This document shows, piece after piece, positions 37,375 through 49,500 of a stretch of 64,000 bases of DNA. Position 1 is the first letter of the stretch. Every line of letters starts with the position of its first letter. Below the pieces are notes generated by a model. It worked only from the letters and a program-made list of their open reading frames with translations, was not told where the DNA came from and did not search any database. The stretch is from Octopus sinensis (taxonomy: Eukaryota). Made by a program: the position numbers and the translations under genes. Where the stretch lies: contig NC_043012.1 in assembly GCF_006345805.1 (NCBI RefSeq), forward strand, positions 45,446,001-45,510,000, in the 5' to 3' direction.

Positions 37375-40300
37375 AACATCCTAGATATCGGTGTTTCGGA
37401 AAACAAGGACTGGCTGGGAAAGAGAATAGAGTTCCTCTTCCACATAAGTCAAGAGGACATAAATAAAATCCCCACCCACGTACATCTTGAGGATGGCCGC
37501 AAGTTATACGTAGTAGTCGAGGGCAGAAGGCCACGATGCTATACATGTGGCAGTGAGGCACACCTCAAAAAGGAGTGCAATCTGCCGCAAAATTACAACA
37601 ACAACACCACAGGAAAAAATCACAAAGCCAGGATTATTGCCCACACCACAATATGGACAGCTAGTCAAGAAGCTGTATGCGGAAATGCAGGAAAAACACA
37701 AAGACAAGCCAACCCAACCAAACAACACCAACACCAGCGCCAAGAACAGAATCATCACCACCAACAACAAATAAACCAATTCCAACACCAAGAATAACAA
37801 CGAAGAAGACAAGCACCAAGGATGTAGGAGAGACAATAACCACAACAAACCCCCCAGCAACACCCTCCCCGCGCACCACAACAATATCTACAACAGCAAA
37901 AACACACCCAGACGCTTTACCCTTGCCCCCTGCTGATTCGTCAGACTTTTCATCTAACGATGAAAGTTCGACAGAATGGCAAATAGCCACAGGGGGTAAA
38001 AGAAAAAGATCAAGAAAAACCAAACAAGAAATCGCAACCAAAGCAGGGAGATACCTGAACCCTGAAAACTCCATACACAACAAAACAAGCACCAACACCA
38101 CAAAAACAATGCTATCAGCGATAGACACAAAAGACTCCAAACTAATGGAGTACATCACAGGATACACAAACATTTGTGAAGATGACTTTAAAAATAGCAA
38201 TCATCCACGCACTACACCACCCAAACACATCAAAATACTACACACACAAACACAACACCACAAAACTCAAAGCCCTCTTCCCAAATGCTATAGGGGGTTT
38301 CCAGAAATATCTGTCCCAAAAACTATATAGAAACCTCCTCGAAGACACATCAAAGAACGAGGAAGCCAAAACTTTCGACACAAGTAAGTAACTCTCTGTA
38401 CTTTCATTTGTGTGTTTTAAAGCACACACCCCAATAGAATCATGGTCAAGATTGGTTGTGTGAATGCGCGTGGCTTGGGGTCTCCTTGGAAACAAGGATA
38501 CCACCTAAATGACATCAAGTCACATGATTGGGAATCATAGCCATAAGTGAGACCAGACTCCACGAGCCACGGGCCCTAAAGTCCATGTTTGGCGGACAGT
38601 TTAACATTTATTTCGCTCCCTGTCTGCCGAGGATGGGCGGTAGTGGCACCGCGGTACTTTTTCACAAGAGCCTGGATCTCGAAGTCAAGACGATATTCGT
38701 AGACCCGGAGGGTAGACTGATCGTTCTGGATGTTGACGGCAGCAATGGGTGCGCTTTTCGACTCGTATCAGTCTACGCACCGCCCTTAACAGGTCGGCGG
38801 ATTTCTTTCGACGTCTAGAAGTATTCTTGGGAACGTCTCGTCCTATACTCTTAGTGGGGGATTGGAATGCTACCTTGGACACGCATGTAGACTACGTGGG
38901 TAGAGACAGAAACAGAAGGGGATGCAAATGCCTCAGAGACCTGCTCAGACGATTCCAACTGTCTGACAGGTACCGACTCGACCACCCAAATGCACCAACG
39001 TGGACATGGAGCAACCGCAGGGGTCGTCGAGATCGTATCTAATAGGATACTGTGTAGGACAGTAGACAAGGATAACTTAGGATGTCCACAATTCCACACA
39101 GTCAGCTACACGGATCACAAATTGGTGACGTGTACGCTAGACTTAGATAAGGCACATAGACAGGGTCCTGGGTACTGGAAACTGAACGCATCATTCCCGT
39201 CCAGACAAGTTTTCAGAGACCGGATTAGCACACTAGTAAAGAGGGCTTTGACGGGAGCCATCATCAACAACAAATGGTGGTTTGCCCTCAAGAGAGCAGT
39301 AAAAGCAGAAGCGATTAGGTACAGCAAAGCACTAGCCATAGATAGAAATAGAGTAGAGGGTGAGCTATTAAGAAGCTAGAAGAGGCAATTAGAAGCGGCA
39401 TCGCATCCGACGTTTTGGCGGCGAGGTTGGCCCTCGACCAACACTTCAACGCCAAACACGAAGGATGTGCTGTCAGAGCTAGGATGCGTGCTCTAAGGAA
39501 CGAAGGTGTTGGAGCCGCGAGAGAGGCCCGGGTGGCAGAGGCGCAACAGGGCAACAAAGCCACCATTCGGTCACTGGTAGATGAACAGGGGCGCGAATTG
39601 CTCGAGCCAAGTAAAATGTGTGAGGCCTTTCAGCAGCATTTTGCCCGACTGTTCGGGACGAGTGGAAGGCAAGAACGTAGGGTAGACTTCAGTGCCTACC
39701 TACATAGCCTGCCACGACTCTCGACAAGAAAGGCAGGGTGCTGCGAAGGTGCCATCACGGCGGCGGAAGTGCGGGAAGCGATGGCAGAATGCTCGAGGGA
39801 CAAATCACCGGGTTTGGATGGTCTACCCTACGAATTTTACTATTGTATGCCAGACTTGTTTGGAGACGTCTTGGCAGCGGTATACTGCAACTGGCAGCAA
39901 AACGGGAGCATACCGGTTTTGTGAGTCGAGGAGCTGTAACTCTGCTGAAGAAAGATCCAAACAAGGGGAACATTATAGATAACTTTAGGCCAATCACTCT
40001 GCTCAATGCAGACCTGAAAATTTTGACAAAGGTGTTAGCCAAGAGGTTGGCGCTTGTCATGGAGAAACTGGTCGACAACGCACAAACGTGCGCCGTGCCG
40101 GGCCGGAGCATCCATGACAACCTCCATCTGATGCGCTACATCATAGACAGGGTAGTTAACGAACCTGGCATGGGTGGGGCCCTGATCAACTTGGATCAAT
40201 CGAAAGCCTTTGATAGGGTAGACCATCGATACTTGGAGGCAGTCCTGAGAGCGGCTGGTTTCGGTCCCGTCTTCCGCGGCTGGATAGCTGCCTTGTACAG

Positions 40301-42256
40301 AGGCATCCGTTCGGTAATTCGCGTAAATGGACATCTATCGAGACCCTTCGACATTGCACGTTCGGTCCGTCAGGGATGCCCCCTCTCGGCGCTTCTATAC
40401 GTATTGACTCTTGAGCCACTACTGCGGAAGCTGGCGACTCTGAGGGGCATCCCGCGAGAATTAGGATGCGGGACGAGCGTGTCTGCATACGCGGACGACG
40501 TCACCGTCATAGTGTCAAGCCACGAGCACATCGAGCGGGTCGGCGAGACACTGAAAGACTACGAAGCGGTGACAGGAGCAAAAATCAACCGGGAAAAGTC
40601 AGTGGGCTTGCGGCTCGGCACCTGGAGAAGCAAGCCCATGCCGTCCACCAGTACCTCCGTCGTGGGACGCTGGACAGACGGCCCGGTTGAGTTGCTCGGG
40701 GTCTGGTTCGGTCCGGACCTCCAAATGGAGAAGAACTGGAACGAGATAACGAGTAGGGTGGTCACTCTCGCCCAGCAATGGGCCGAGAGGAAACTTTCCC
40801 TAAAAGGTCGGGCGGAGGTGGTGAACGCGTACATCGCGTCCATCATCTACTACCGCCTGACCGTTGTACCTTGTCCCGACCCTACCATCACCAAACTAGA
40901 ACACATCCTCTTCCGCTTCTTGTGGAAAGGATGCGTCCCGATGGTCAGGCGATCCATTTGCTGTCAACACCCGTTAAAAGGAGGGCTGGGCATGCCGTGG
41001 TTGATGATGCGCAGACACGCGCTGAGACTGCGACATCTCCGGCTCTATGTAGACGACGGTGAACAGGTGTGGTCGCCGTTTGTGAAGCACGCATTCCCGC
41101 AACTCGTCTCCATGACCGAACTACAGTCGTGGATCAAAAAGAGGCCGAAGAAGGGCGAATGGCACCGCGAGTGTCGCGTTGCTCTCAAGCAACTCTGCCG
41201 TCCCGGCTCGACCTTGAGTGACTTCAACACAACCAAAGCATTCTATAGGGGATTAGTGGAGGGGAGGTACGACGACGAGCTCGGGGCAAACCTGGGCGTC
41301 GACGAGGAATACCTGACCCGCCTGTTTCAAACGACTTTCGGCCCGGGACCTATGGACAACTTCCAGAGATCCCTGGCCTGGCGGTGCTACCGAGAAGCGC
41401 TACCCGTTCGGGATAAGCTCTATAGGCATGGCTCGAGAAACACGGGGCCGACCTGCCCGAGATGCGGGCAGAGCGACGAAACCGCTCTGCACGCAATCGT
41501 GCAGTGTCCAGCAATTTCCCACCTGTGGGCTTATGTCGAACGACTGCTGTCACGTGTGGGACGTATCGGTTTATCAGCCGAGTCTATCGTTAATATCGTC
41601 ACGCCTCCTTCCGTCAAACGGGAAGGAAGAGCTATTTTTATCATACTTGTGGCTATGGCGAAAGAATGTATCTGGTGGACGCGTCTGAAAGGATTAGAGA
41701 CAAACACTTTCCTCTCTGGTCAATCTCTCATCAACTTCTTCAAGTATCACTTGAAGAAAAAAGTGAGAGTAGAGAGGCAAGTTTTGTCTAGTGAATGTTT
41801 TAAAAAAAGATGGGTGAATGTAGCAAGGATGGCACGTATGAATGACGAAGCCACCTTGACTATGATTCTATGAACCGTAAAAATTAATACAGAGAGTTGC
41901 TTATTTCCAAAAAAAAAAAAAAAAAAAAAGAAATATAACATGTGACTTCATTAGGCTTTTCTTTCCACGGGTAAACCTCACCTGTCCTCCCCTTTACACT
42001 TCATATTGACATTTCTGTGATAACGATCCCTATTGATCAATTTTTTTCCTCTCCCCCTTTTTTTTTAACCCCCACCTTTTTTTTTGTCCTCTTTCTCTCC
42101 TTTTACGATCCCTTTTGATCGCCTCCCCCTTTTTATTTTATTTTTATTTTATTTTTTTATTTTTTATTTTTTTTATTTTTTAAACCTACAAAAGAAAAGC
42201 TCTACCTTGTAATTTGTTCTATCTGTGTGCAGCCCTGTGTGGCTAATAAAGAAACA
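37375..42256 (+). mobile_element. Tx1/L1-clade LINE copy B, truncated within ORF1, ORF2 full-length with several single-base frameshifts
   Basis: Starts directly after (TCTA)n at 37375. ORF1 knuckle CYTCGSEAHLKKEC; ORF2 runs from ATG 38442 to stop 41873; ends AATAAAGAAACA-(TATC)n. Confidence 0.96.
39738..41873 (+). CDS. Uninterrupted 711-aa frame containing the Tx1 ORF2 RT domain and C-terminal CCHC motif (true ORF2 frame begins near 39915)
   Basis: FRPITLLNADLKI, DQSKAFDRVDH, RQGCPLSALLY, AYADDVT and CPRCGQSDETALHAIVQC. Confidence 0.9.
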   Translation: MLRRCHHGGGSAGSDGRMLEGQITGFGWSTLRILLLYARLVWRRLGSGILQLAAKREHTGFVSRGAVTLLKKDPNKGNIIDNFRPITLLNADLKILTKVLAKRLALVMEKLVDNAQTCAVPGRSIHDNLHLMRYIIDRVVNEPGMGGALINLDQSKAFDRVDHRYLEAVLRAAGFGPVFRGWIAALYRGIRSVIRVNGHLSRPFDIARSVRQGCPLSALLYVLTLEPLLRKLATLRGIPRELGCGTSVSAYADDVTVIVSSHEHIERVGETLKDYEAVTGAKINREKSVGLRLGTWRSKPMPSTSTSVVGRWTDGPVELLGVWFGPDLQMEKNWNEITSRVVTLAQQWAERKLSLKGRAEVVNAYIASIIYYRLTVVPCPDPTITKLEHILFRFLWKGCVPMVRRSICCQHPLKGGLGMPWLMMRRHALRLRHLRLYVDDGEQVWSPFVKHAFPQLVSMTELQSWIKKRPKKGEWHRECRVALKQLCRPGSTLSDFNTTKAFYRGLVEGRYDDELGANLGVDEEYLTRLFQTTFGPGPMDNFQRSLAWRCYREALPVRDKLYRHGSRNTGPTCPRCGQSDETALHAIVQCPAISHLWAYVERLLSRVGRIGLSAESIVNIVTPPSVKREGRAIFIILVAMAKECIWWTRLKGLETNTFLSGQSLINFFKYHLKKKVRVERQVLSSECFKKRWVNVARMARMNDEATLTMIL

Positions 42257-42404
42257 TATCTATCTATATATCTATCTATCTATCTATATATATATCTATC
42301 TATCTATCTATCTATCTATCTGTTTATCTATCTGTCTATCTATCTATCTATCTATCTATCATCTATCTACTATCTATCTATCTGTATATCTATCTATCTA
42401 TCTA

Positions 42405-42455
<51 letters not shown>

Positions 42456-42518
42456 ATCTATCTATCTATATATATATATATATCTGTTTATCTATCTGTC
42501 TATCTATCTATCTAGCTA

Positions 42519-43366
42519 TTCGGATAAGCTCTACAGACACGGCTCGAGAAACACGGGGCCGACCTGCCCGAGATGCGGTCAGAGCGACGAAACCGCTCTG
42601 CACGCAATCGTGCAGTGTCCAGCAATTTCCCACCTGTGGGCTTATGTCGAACGACTGCTGTCACGTGTGGGACGTATCGGTTTATCAGCCGAGTCTATCG
42701 TTAATATCGTCACGCCTCCTTCCTTCAAACGGGAAGGAAGAGCTATTTTTATCATACTTGTGGCTATGGCGAAAGAATGTATCTGGTGGACGCGTCTGAA
42801 AGGATTAGAGACAAACACTTTCCTCTCTGGTCAATCTCTCATCAACTTCTTCAAGTATCACTTGAAGAAAAAAGTGAGAGTAGAGAGGCAAGTTTTGTCT
42901 AGTGAATGTTTTAAAAAAAGATGGGTGAATGTAGCAAGGATGGCACGTATGAATGACGAAGCCACCTTGACTATGATTCTATGAACCGTAAAAATTAATA
43001 CAGAGAGTTGCTTATTTCCAAAAAAAAAAAAAAAAAAAAGAAATATAACATGTGACTTCATTAGGCTTTTCTTTCCACGGGTAAACCTCACCTGTCCTCC
43101 CCTTTACACTTCATATTGACATTTCTGTGATAACGATCCCTATTGATCAATTTTTTTCCTCTCCCCCTTTTTTTTTAACCCCCACCTTTTTTTTTGTCCT
43201 CTTTCTCTCCTTTTACGATCCCTTTTGATCGCCTCCCCCTTTTTATTTTATTTTTATTTTATTTTTTTATTTTTTATTTTTTTTATTTTTTAAACCTACA
43301 AAAGAAAAGCTCTACCTTGTAATTTGTTCTATCTGTGTGCAGCCCTGTGTGGCTAATAAAGAAACA
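42519..43366 (+). mobile_element. Tx1/L1-clade LINE copy D, 5'-truncated, inserted in the (TATC)n tract following copy B
   Basis: ORF 42610-42984 matches the ORF2 C-terminus; the 3' UTR appears identical to copy B on manual reading. Confidence 0.95.
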
Positions 43367-43451
<85 letters not shown>

Positions 43452-43464
43452 GTTTATCTATCTG

Positions 43465-43500
<36 letters not shown>

Positions 43501-43515
43501 CTATCTATCTATCTG

Positions 43516-43560
<45 letters not shown>

Positions 43561-43561
43561 A

Positions 43562-43592
<31 letters not shown>

Positions 43593-46500
43593 ATATATAT
43601 ATATATATATCTGTTTATCTATCTGTCTATCTATCTATCTAGCTATCTATGTATCTATCCACATTGTGAGTGTGTATGTGTGTAAGTATGTGTGTATGAG
43701 TGGGTTTATGAGTGTACATATTAGTGCCTATGCGTGTATTATTTCAATGTAGTGTTGAATGGTCCTAACAGTTCTTTCTAATATTACTGCGATGCAATAA
43801 CCTTTCATCCCCTGAGTTACTAATGTGGCTTAGAGACGAACAATATTATATTCAATAATCTCGTACATGGTCCTCTATTTGTTCAGTCCATTCCATTATA
43901 TACTAGTTGGCTACAACGTGTTATTTGTACCACATTAGCATACGTTTCATATTTACTTACATCAATAAATAGAAAATAAGAAAGTACTTGCTTGAGTTTC
44001 CTAAATTTCTTAACGAGAATCAGTGAAGCATGATGTAGAGAAACTTTAGTGTATCTTGTTAGTTTATATTGTATTTCCCTTGTCGCTAAGCATTCAGCAT
44101 ATTGCATATGGTTAATAAGAAATTTGGTAATTAGAAGAGGCAAGATTGATGGCATTATATGATCCTTTTATGTGGATAGCAATTAATAAGTCTTCCCCAC
44201 TGATATATAGCTATGTTTATACGAATAATGGCAATTCTAAAGAGATCATTTCTTTCCTTCATTTAATCAATTCATTTGACAGAGATTGATAAATTACTGT
44301 CTAATTATAATTGTATTCTAATTTCCCATTATTAATACATCCTCATGATAATCTGTTAGTCCAACGACGCCACTGGCCCGTGATGGAATCGAAGTAACGC
44401 GATGCGCTGCGCATAGGTGTAAAAAGTGGGTGGGTGGGTGGCTGGCTCATAAAGGCGCGGAATAACATTTCATTACGTGACGCTGGATATCTGTATAAAT
44501 TTGGCAGCCAGCCATTTTTGTTGTAACTAGAAAAGTGGTTGAAGCAGAATTTACAACACAATTTTCATGTTGCTCGCTCAAATTTATCGAATTAGTATAC
44601 CTAACATATTTCTTTACAGGTCTCATTAAGTTAGAAGTATTTATTTCAATAAAATCTGTGTATTTTCATTACATATGATATAGATTTCTGCGTTTAATGG
44701 AGACAGTAAATGAGATGCGGCAAGTGCATGCACATAGGAAATATATGGGCATTTTAACTAAAACGAATAGTCTTCAGCTGTTATCAAAACAAATTGGCTG
44801 ATGCTGTCGACCAGTTATAGGATTTTACCGTGGATATCACACAAAGTCTCACATTCATAGTTTGGGCTCATGAGTAGCTGTGACGCTTTTACTTTTACAT
44901 ATTGTAATCTTTAATATTATTTCAAACCTAGCAACTTTAAACGATACATGACATTAAGCAAACGCATAAACACATATAACAAACAGACAGACACACACGC
45001 ATATACACACACACATATATGGTATTTTGATCCATCTTCACAAATAATTGCCGTCTTCTTCCAATTTCTCGTTGTCAATGACATTTCTAACTTACCGTCA
45101 GATGAGTACTCAGATCCATTGGAGATTTGCATAGACTAAAGGATAGGTTCTAGCTTAGTATGTGCTTCCAAATAGTTACGTCTGCACATATCACCACACC
45201 TCCGTCGCCATACAATTTTCAGTACAGAGAATAACGAATGAGGTACCATAATGAGACATCTGTATGACATTGGAATATAGTGATAAACGCTTGTACAGCA
45301 CGAGTAACACTCCGTGATGTAAATCTACTAAATGAATTACTCTTACTAACAGGTACCTCATGTTCGAGTACAAATGTATGTAAATGTTACATATGGTATA
45401 ATTATAAGCGGGGCACATTTTAGCCATTTCTCTGCAGACTGAAATAAAAATGAACATTCTTAATCGATTTTCGAACCTTATTGGGTTCCTATCAGAGGTA
45501 TCTACTTTGGGTTCCTACCAGAGGCGTGCCTTTGATCTTCCGTAAGCAAGCGAGGTACAAATCTTCATGAGCAATTTCTCGCACAAAATTCGTTGGTAGG
45601 AAGTCAAGGACACGTCAGTCATATCAACAAGCCCGTCAATTTTTCGGTGACGGCCCTCCAAGATCACTACACGGATAAGTGTGCTGTTTTCATTCGTTCA
45701 TATGTCATACAGGTATGTATACATAGATATACATATATACGAGTGGAACACCCCAATAAAATAATCAATTCGGTGCAAACACAACATACCTTATATTCCT
45801 TTACTGTTGGTCAGGGAAGAACAGTCATGCACTGTTGTAGAGGTCAGCTGCCAACGGATGTGAATGTAAAGTCAATAGTCCAGGCGAAAAGATAGCATTT
45901 ATAGCTAATTTATGTGGAACCTACAACTTTTGTACTCTGATTTTGAATTCATAATTGTATCTTTCATCATACGTGCATTAGGTTATGTACCAACACATTT
46001 GTGCAAAAGCCTAGACGTACTCTGTTTCACAGGAAAAGAGCAAAAGAAGCTGACAAGTATTCTCTATCAGTGAAGATTTGTAAAACATTCCAAATATTCT
46101 CCACCTGAGACACTTAAGTGAATAGATGCACACAATTGGGTGTATGCATCGACAGTTTAATCAACCCCCAACTCATTCACATATTTACAAGCACCGAGAA
46201 CTCTCTTAACTCAAATAGACTTGTCGCTTTATCACCGACCAACTCGAACTCGCTCAGAAAGAACTTAAATTAAACTAAAAAAATATAACACACACACACA
46301 CACACTTACACACACATGCACTTACGCACACGCACATGCACACACGCACACACGCTCACACACACACTCTCACACACACACTCTCACACACACAAAAACA
46401 CACATATATTAGGAAATGTAGAAGGAGAAAACGATTAGCAGAATTCTCTGAATAATTTTTGCGTAAATTTTCAGAATTATTTGTGATGTATTTTTTTCTA

Positions 46501-46696
46501 ATTTAGCGTGTGATAGTATTTCTTGTTTAATAAGCAGACTGTGTATATTTGATTAAGCTGTGGCAAAAGGTTTTATGTTATCTTGATTTTGTCAGAGTTA
46601 TTAGTTCAAAACAATGTTACTCGAATATTTAGAATAAAGCAAATATTACGGCAATCCATCAAAGTTTCAGGAAGCAATGTCAGAGTGATTCTCTAC

Positions 46697-46938
46697 CAGG
46701 ATCCATATTGGCTCCTGGGCGTCCATATTAAATTTTTGAGTGTTCACACAACAAAACAGTAAATTTGGATCCACGAGAGAATTTTAAGGATCCCTGAAAG
46801 AAATTTTGTTTTAGACGCATGTGTTTGTGTGTTTTACAAGAAGCAGCTAGATTCTTTTTAATATGGCTATGGGAGGTCTATCAAAGTAAAATAGTCTTCA
46901 AGAGGGGGCCATATGTAATAAATGGTTGAGAACACCTG
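46697..46938. mobile_element. hAT-type non-autonomous element remnant (one TIR visible)
   Basis: GGTTGAGAACACCTG ends at 46938 and is followed by TCTTAGAG (nnnTAnnn). The other end is not recognisable. Confidence 0.5.
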
Positions 46939-47414
46939 TCTTAGAGGATATCTTTTGTCAGAACACTTACGTGAAGAATCTCACAAATTAAAACAATAAT
47001 AGAATTTATGTCTAACTCTTGAAGATACTCATTCACCTGAAGCGAACGTGTTTCCTCTCCTCATATGCTTTGATTCATTTCTTTCACACTTTAGTCTTTC
47101 ATTACCAGTTACCCTAGGAAAGTAATAAAATAATACTTGTGTTTGTATCATTTCGTGAGTGCCTCATTTTTATACTTAATGGAACTAGTTAACAGGTAAC
47201 TCGCCCAGCCATCAATGGCAACGCAAAATCAGTTATGCATATCTGCGTAATAATTTCTATTTGTGCTCTGTAAATACACGCAAAGCTATGAGGTCCAAAG
47301 GTAGCTGGAGAATATATTATGGTTCTTTTCCTAATAACATGCTATAACAAAAGTCTAATGACTGAAAGGATAAATGATAATATACGTATATACATACATA
47401 CATACATACATGTA

Positions 47415-47458
<44 letters not shown>

Positions 47459-47516
47459 ATACATATATATATTTATGTATGTCTATTTATATAAATGTAT
47501 GCATTTTATATATGTA

Positions 47517-47585
<69 letters not shown>

Positions 47586-47626
47586 TATACATTTTAATAA
47601 TTATATACATATTCATAACAAGGGAT

Positions 47627-47704
47627 CGGCTATAAGTTTTTCAACGCGCTAGAAAAATAGACGCCAAAAGACGCTTAGCGTGGAGAGGCTTATAGCCAAT
47701 TCCT
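47627..47704. mobile_element. Very small MITE-like element (about 80 bp)
   Basis: Imperfect terminal inverted repeats AAGGGATCGGCTATAAG / CTTATAGCCAATTCCTT. Confidence 0.5.
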
Positions 47705-47810
47705 TCTTATGATTATGTATATAATTATTATAATAGTTGTAAAATTTACCTACAAGTTTTTATTTATTTCTGCTCTGACCCTGGTAAAATCATTAATGAT
47801 TTTATTCTTT

Positions 47811-47969
<159 letters not shown>

Positions 47970-48068
47970 TAAAAACGGTAAGATAACAAAAGAAAAAAAG
48001 AGACCTCAATATTATGTAAATAGAGGAAATTTATCTATAAAATAATATGTTACATTACTCAATAGTCA

Positions 48069-48131
48069 AGATAAAACTCTGAGTTTCAGATGCCGAAGTA
48101 GAAATCCACAACACCATCTCTTCGGTTATGT
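48069..48131 (-). ncRNA. Hammerhead-like motif, left-arm copy (one stem I mismatch)
   Basis: Reverse-complement counterpart of 49141-49203. Confidence 0.35.
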
Positions 48132-49140
48132 GGCCATCTGAAAAATGCTATGAAAAAATACCGTTATATAAAGGGAAATTACTGTATTATAATTCTGCTC
48201 GCGAACCCACGTGCGTACTTATACGTCACTATGAAGACGTACAGATCTTCACTCGCATTTTCGCCAAATATATACGCATATATATACAACCTCATACACA
48301 CACACATGCGTAAGTTCATACATACGTCTATATACGCACAAACACAAGAAAAACCATGGTTAAAGATAACAGAAAAAAAACATAAGGAAGTATACAAAGC
48401 ATAAAAACCACGTTCATATACGGATAAGCCCCTATGCACTCATACACACACACGCCCATATATGTACATACCCGCACATATTTATATACGCATACATACA
48501 CACGCATATACAAAAATTGGATATATACATATGTCCCCCTCCTCCTTCTGTACTTTTCTATCCTGCATTTTTCCTGTGCCTATATAGACATGTATATAGA
48601 TTCATTTGTACACGTGTGAATATGTATGAGTGGGCAGTTTTTTAGATGTGTGCGTGTGTGCGGACATAAGAATGCTCATATATATATATATATATATACG
48701 TTTTTACTTAGTATTTTAAAAAAAATAGGGGGGGAGGGGGACATATGTATATTCAATTTTTGCATATGCGTGTGTATGTATACGTATATAAATATGTGCG
48801 GGTTGTACATATATGGGCGTGTGTGTGTATGAGTGCATAGGGGCTTATCCGTATATGAACGTGGTCTTTATGCTTTGTATACTTTCTTATGTTTTTTTTC
48901 TGCTATCTTTAACCATGTTTTTCTTGTGTTTGTGCGTATATAGACGTATGTATGAACTTACGCATGTGTGTGTGTATGAGGTTGTATATATATGCGTATA
49001 TATTTGGCGAAAAATGCGAGTGAAGATCTGTACGTTTTCATAGTGACGTATAAGTACGCACGTGGGTTCGCGAGCAGAATTATAATACAGTAATTTCCCT
49101 TTATATAACGGTATTTTTTCATAGCATTTTTCAGATGGCC

Positions 49141-49203
49141 AGATAACCGAAGAGATGATGTTGTGGATTTCCTGTTCGGCATCTGAAACTCAGAGTTTTA
49201 TCT
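49141..49203 (+). ncRNA. Hammerhead-like motif (U4C core, extra nucleotide before G12)
   Basis: AGATAA-CCGAAGA-GATG/CATC-T-GAAA-CTC-A-GAG-TT-TTATCT: 6-bp stem I and near-palindromic stem III. A competing CCGAA/TTCGG pairing is possible. Confidence 0.45.
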
Positions 49204-49446
49204 TGACTATTGAGTAATGTAACATATTATTTTATATACATATATATATATATATATATATGTACATATACATATTAGAGGGAAACCACTTTGTGGTAAG
49301 ACCATAGCGGATCTATTTCTAGCATAAGAGTGTCCATATAGTGGTGTATATAATACAATCTTACTGAACTTCAGTCTTTTTATGTGCTTGACCACTGGTG
49401 TGAAATCGATGTTAATTAAATTAATATCTAATTTCTCACCCTCATT

Positions 49447-49500
<54 letters not shown>

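Larger units (their letters stand above)
48020..49235. repeat. Long imperfect foldback (arms about 48020-48545 and 48725-49235, spacer about 180 bp)
   Basis: ORF-track peptides at 48128+ and 48958- are near-identical; the DNA arms align throughout, including the microsatellite-like parts. Confidence 0.9.

Noticed and set aside
45098-45140. Possible 40-nt minus-strand micro-exon with a GTAAGT donor
   Set aside because: Too short to distinguish from chance splice-like motifs without transcript data.
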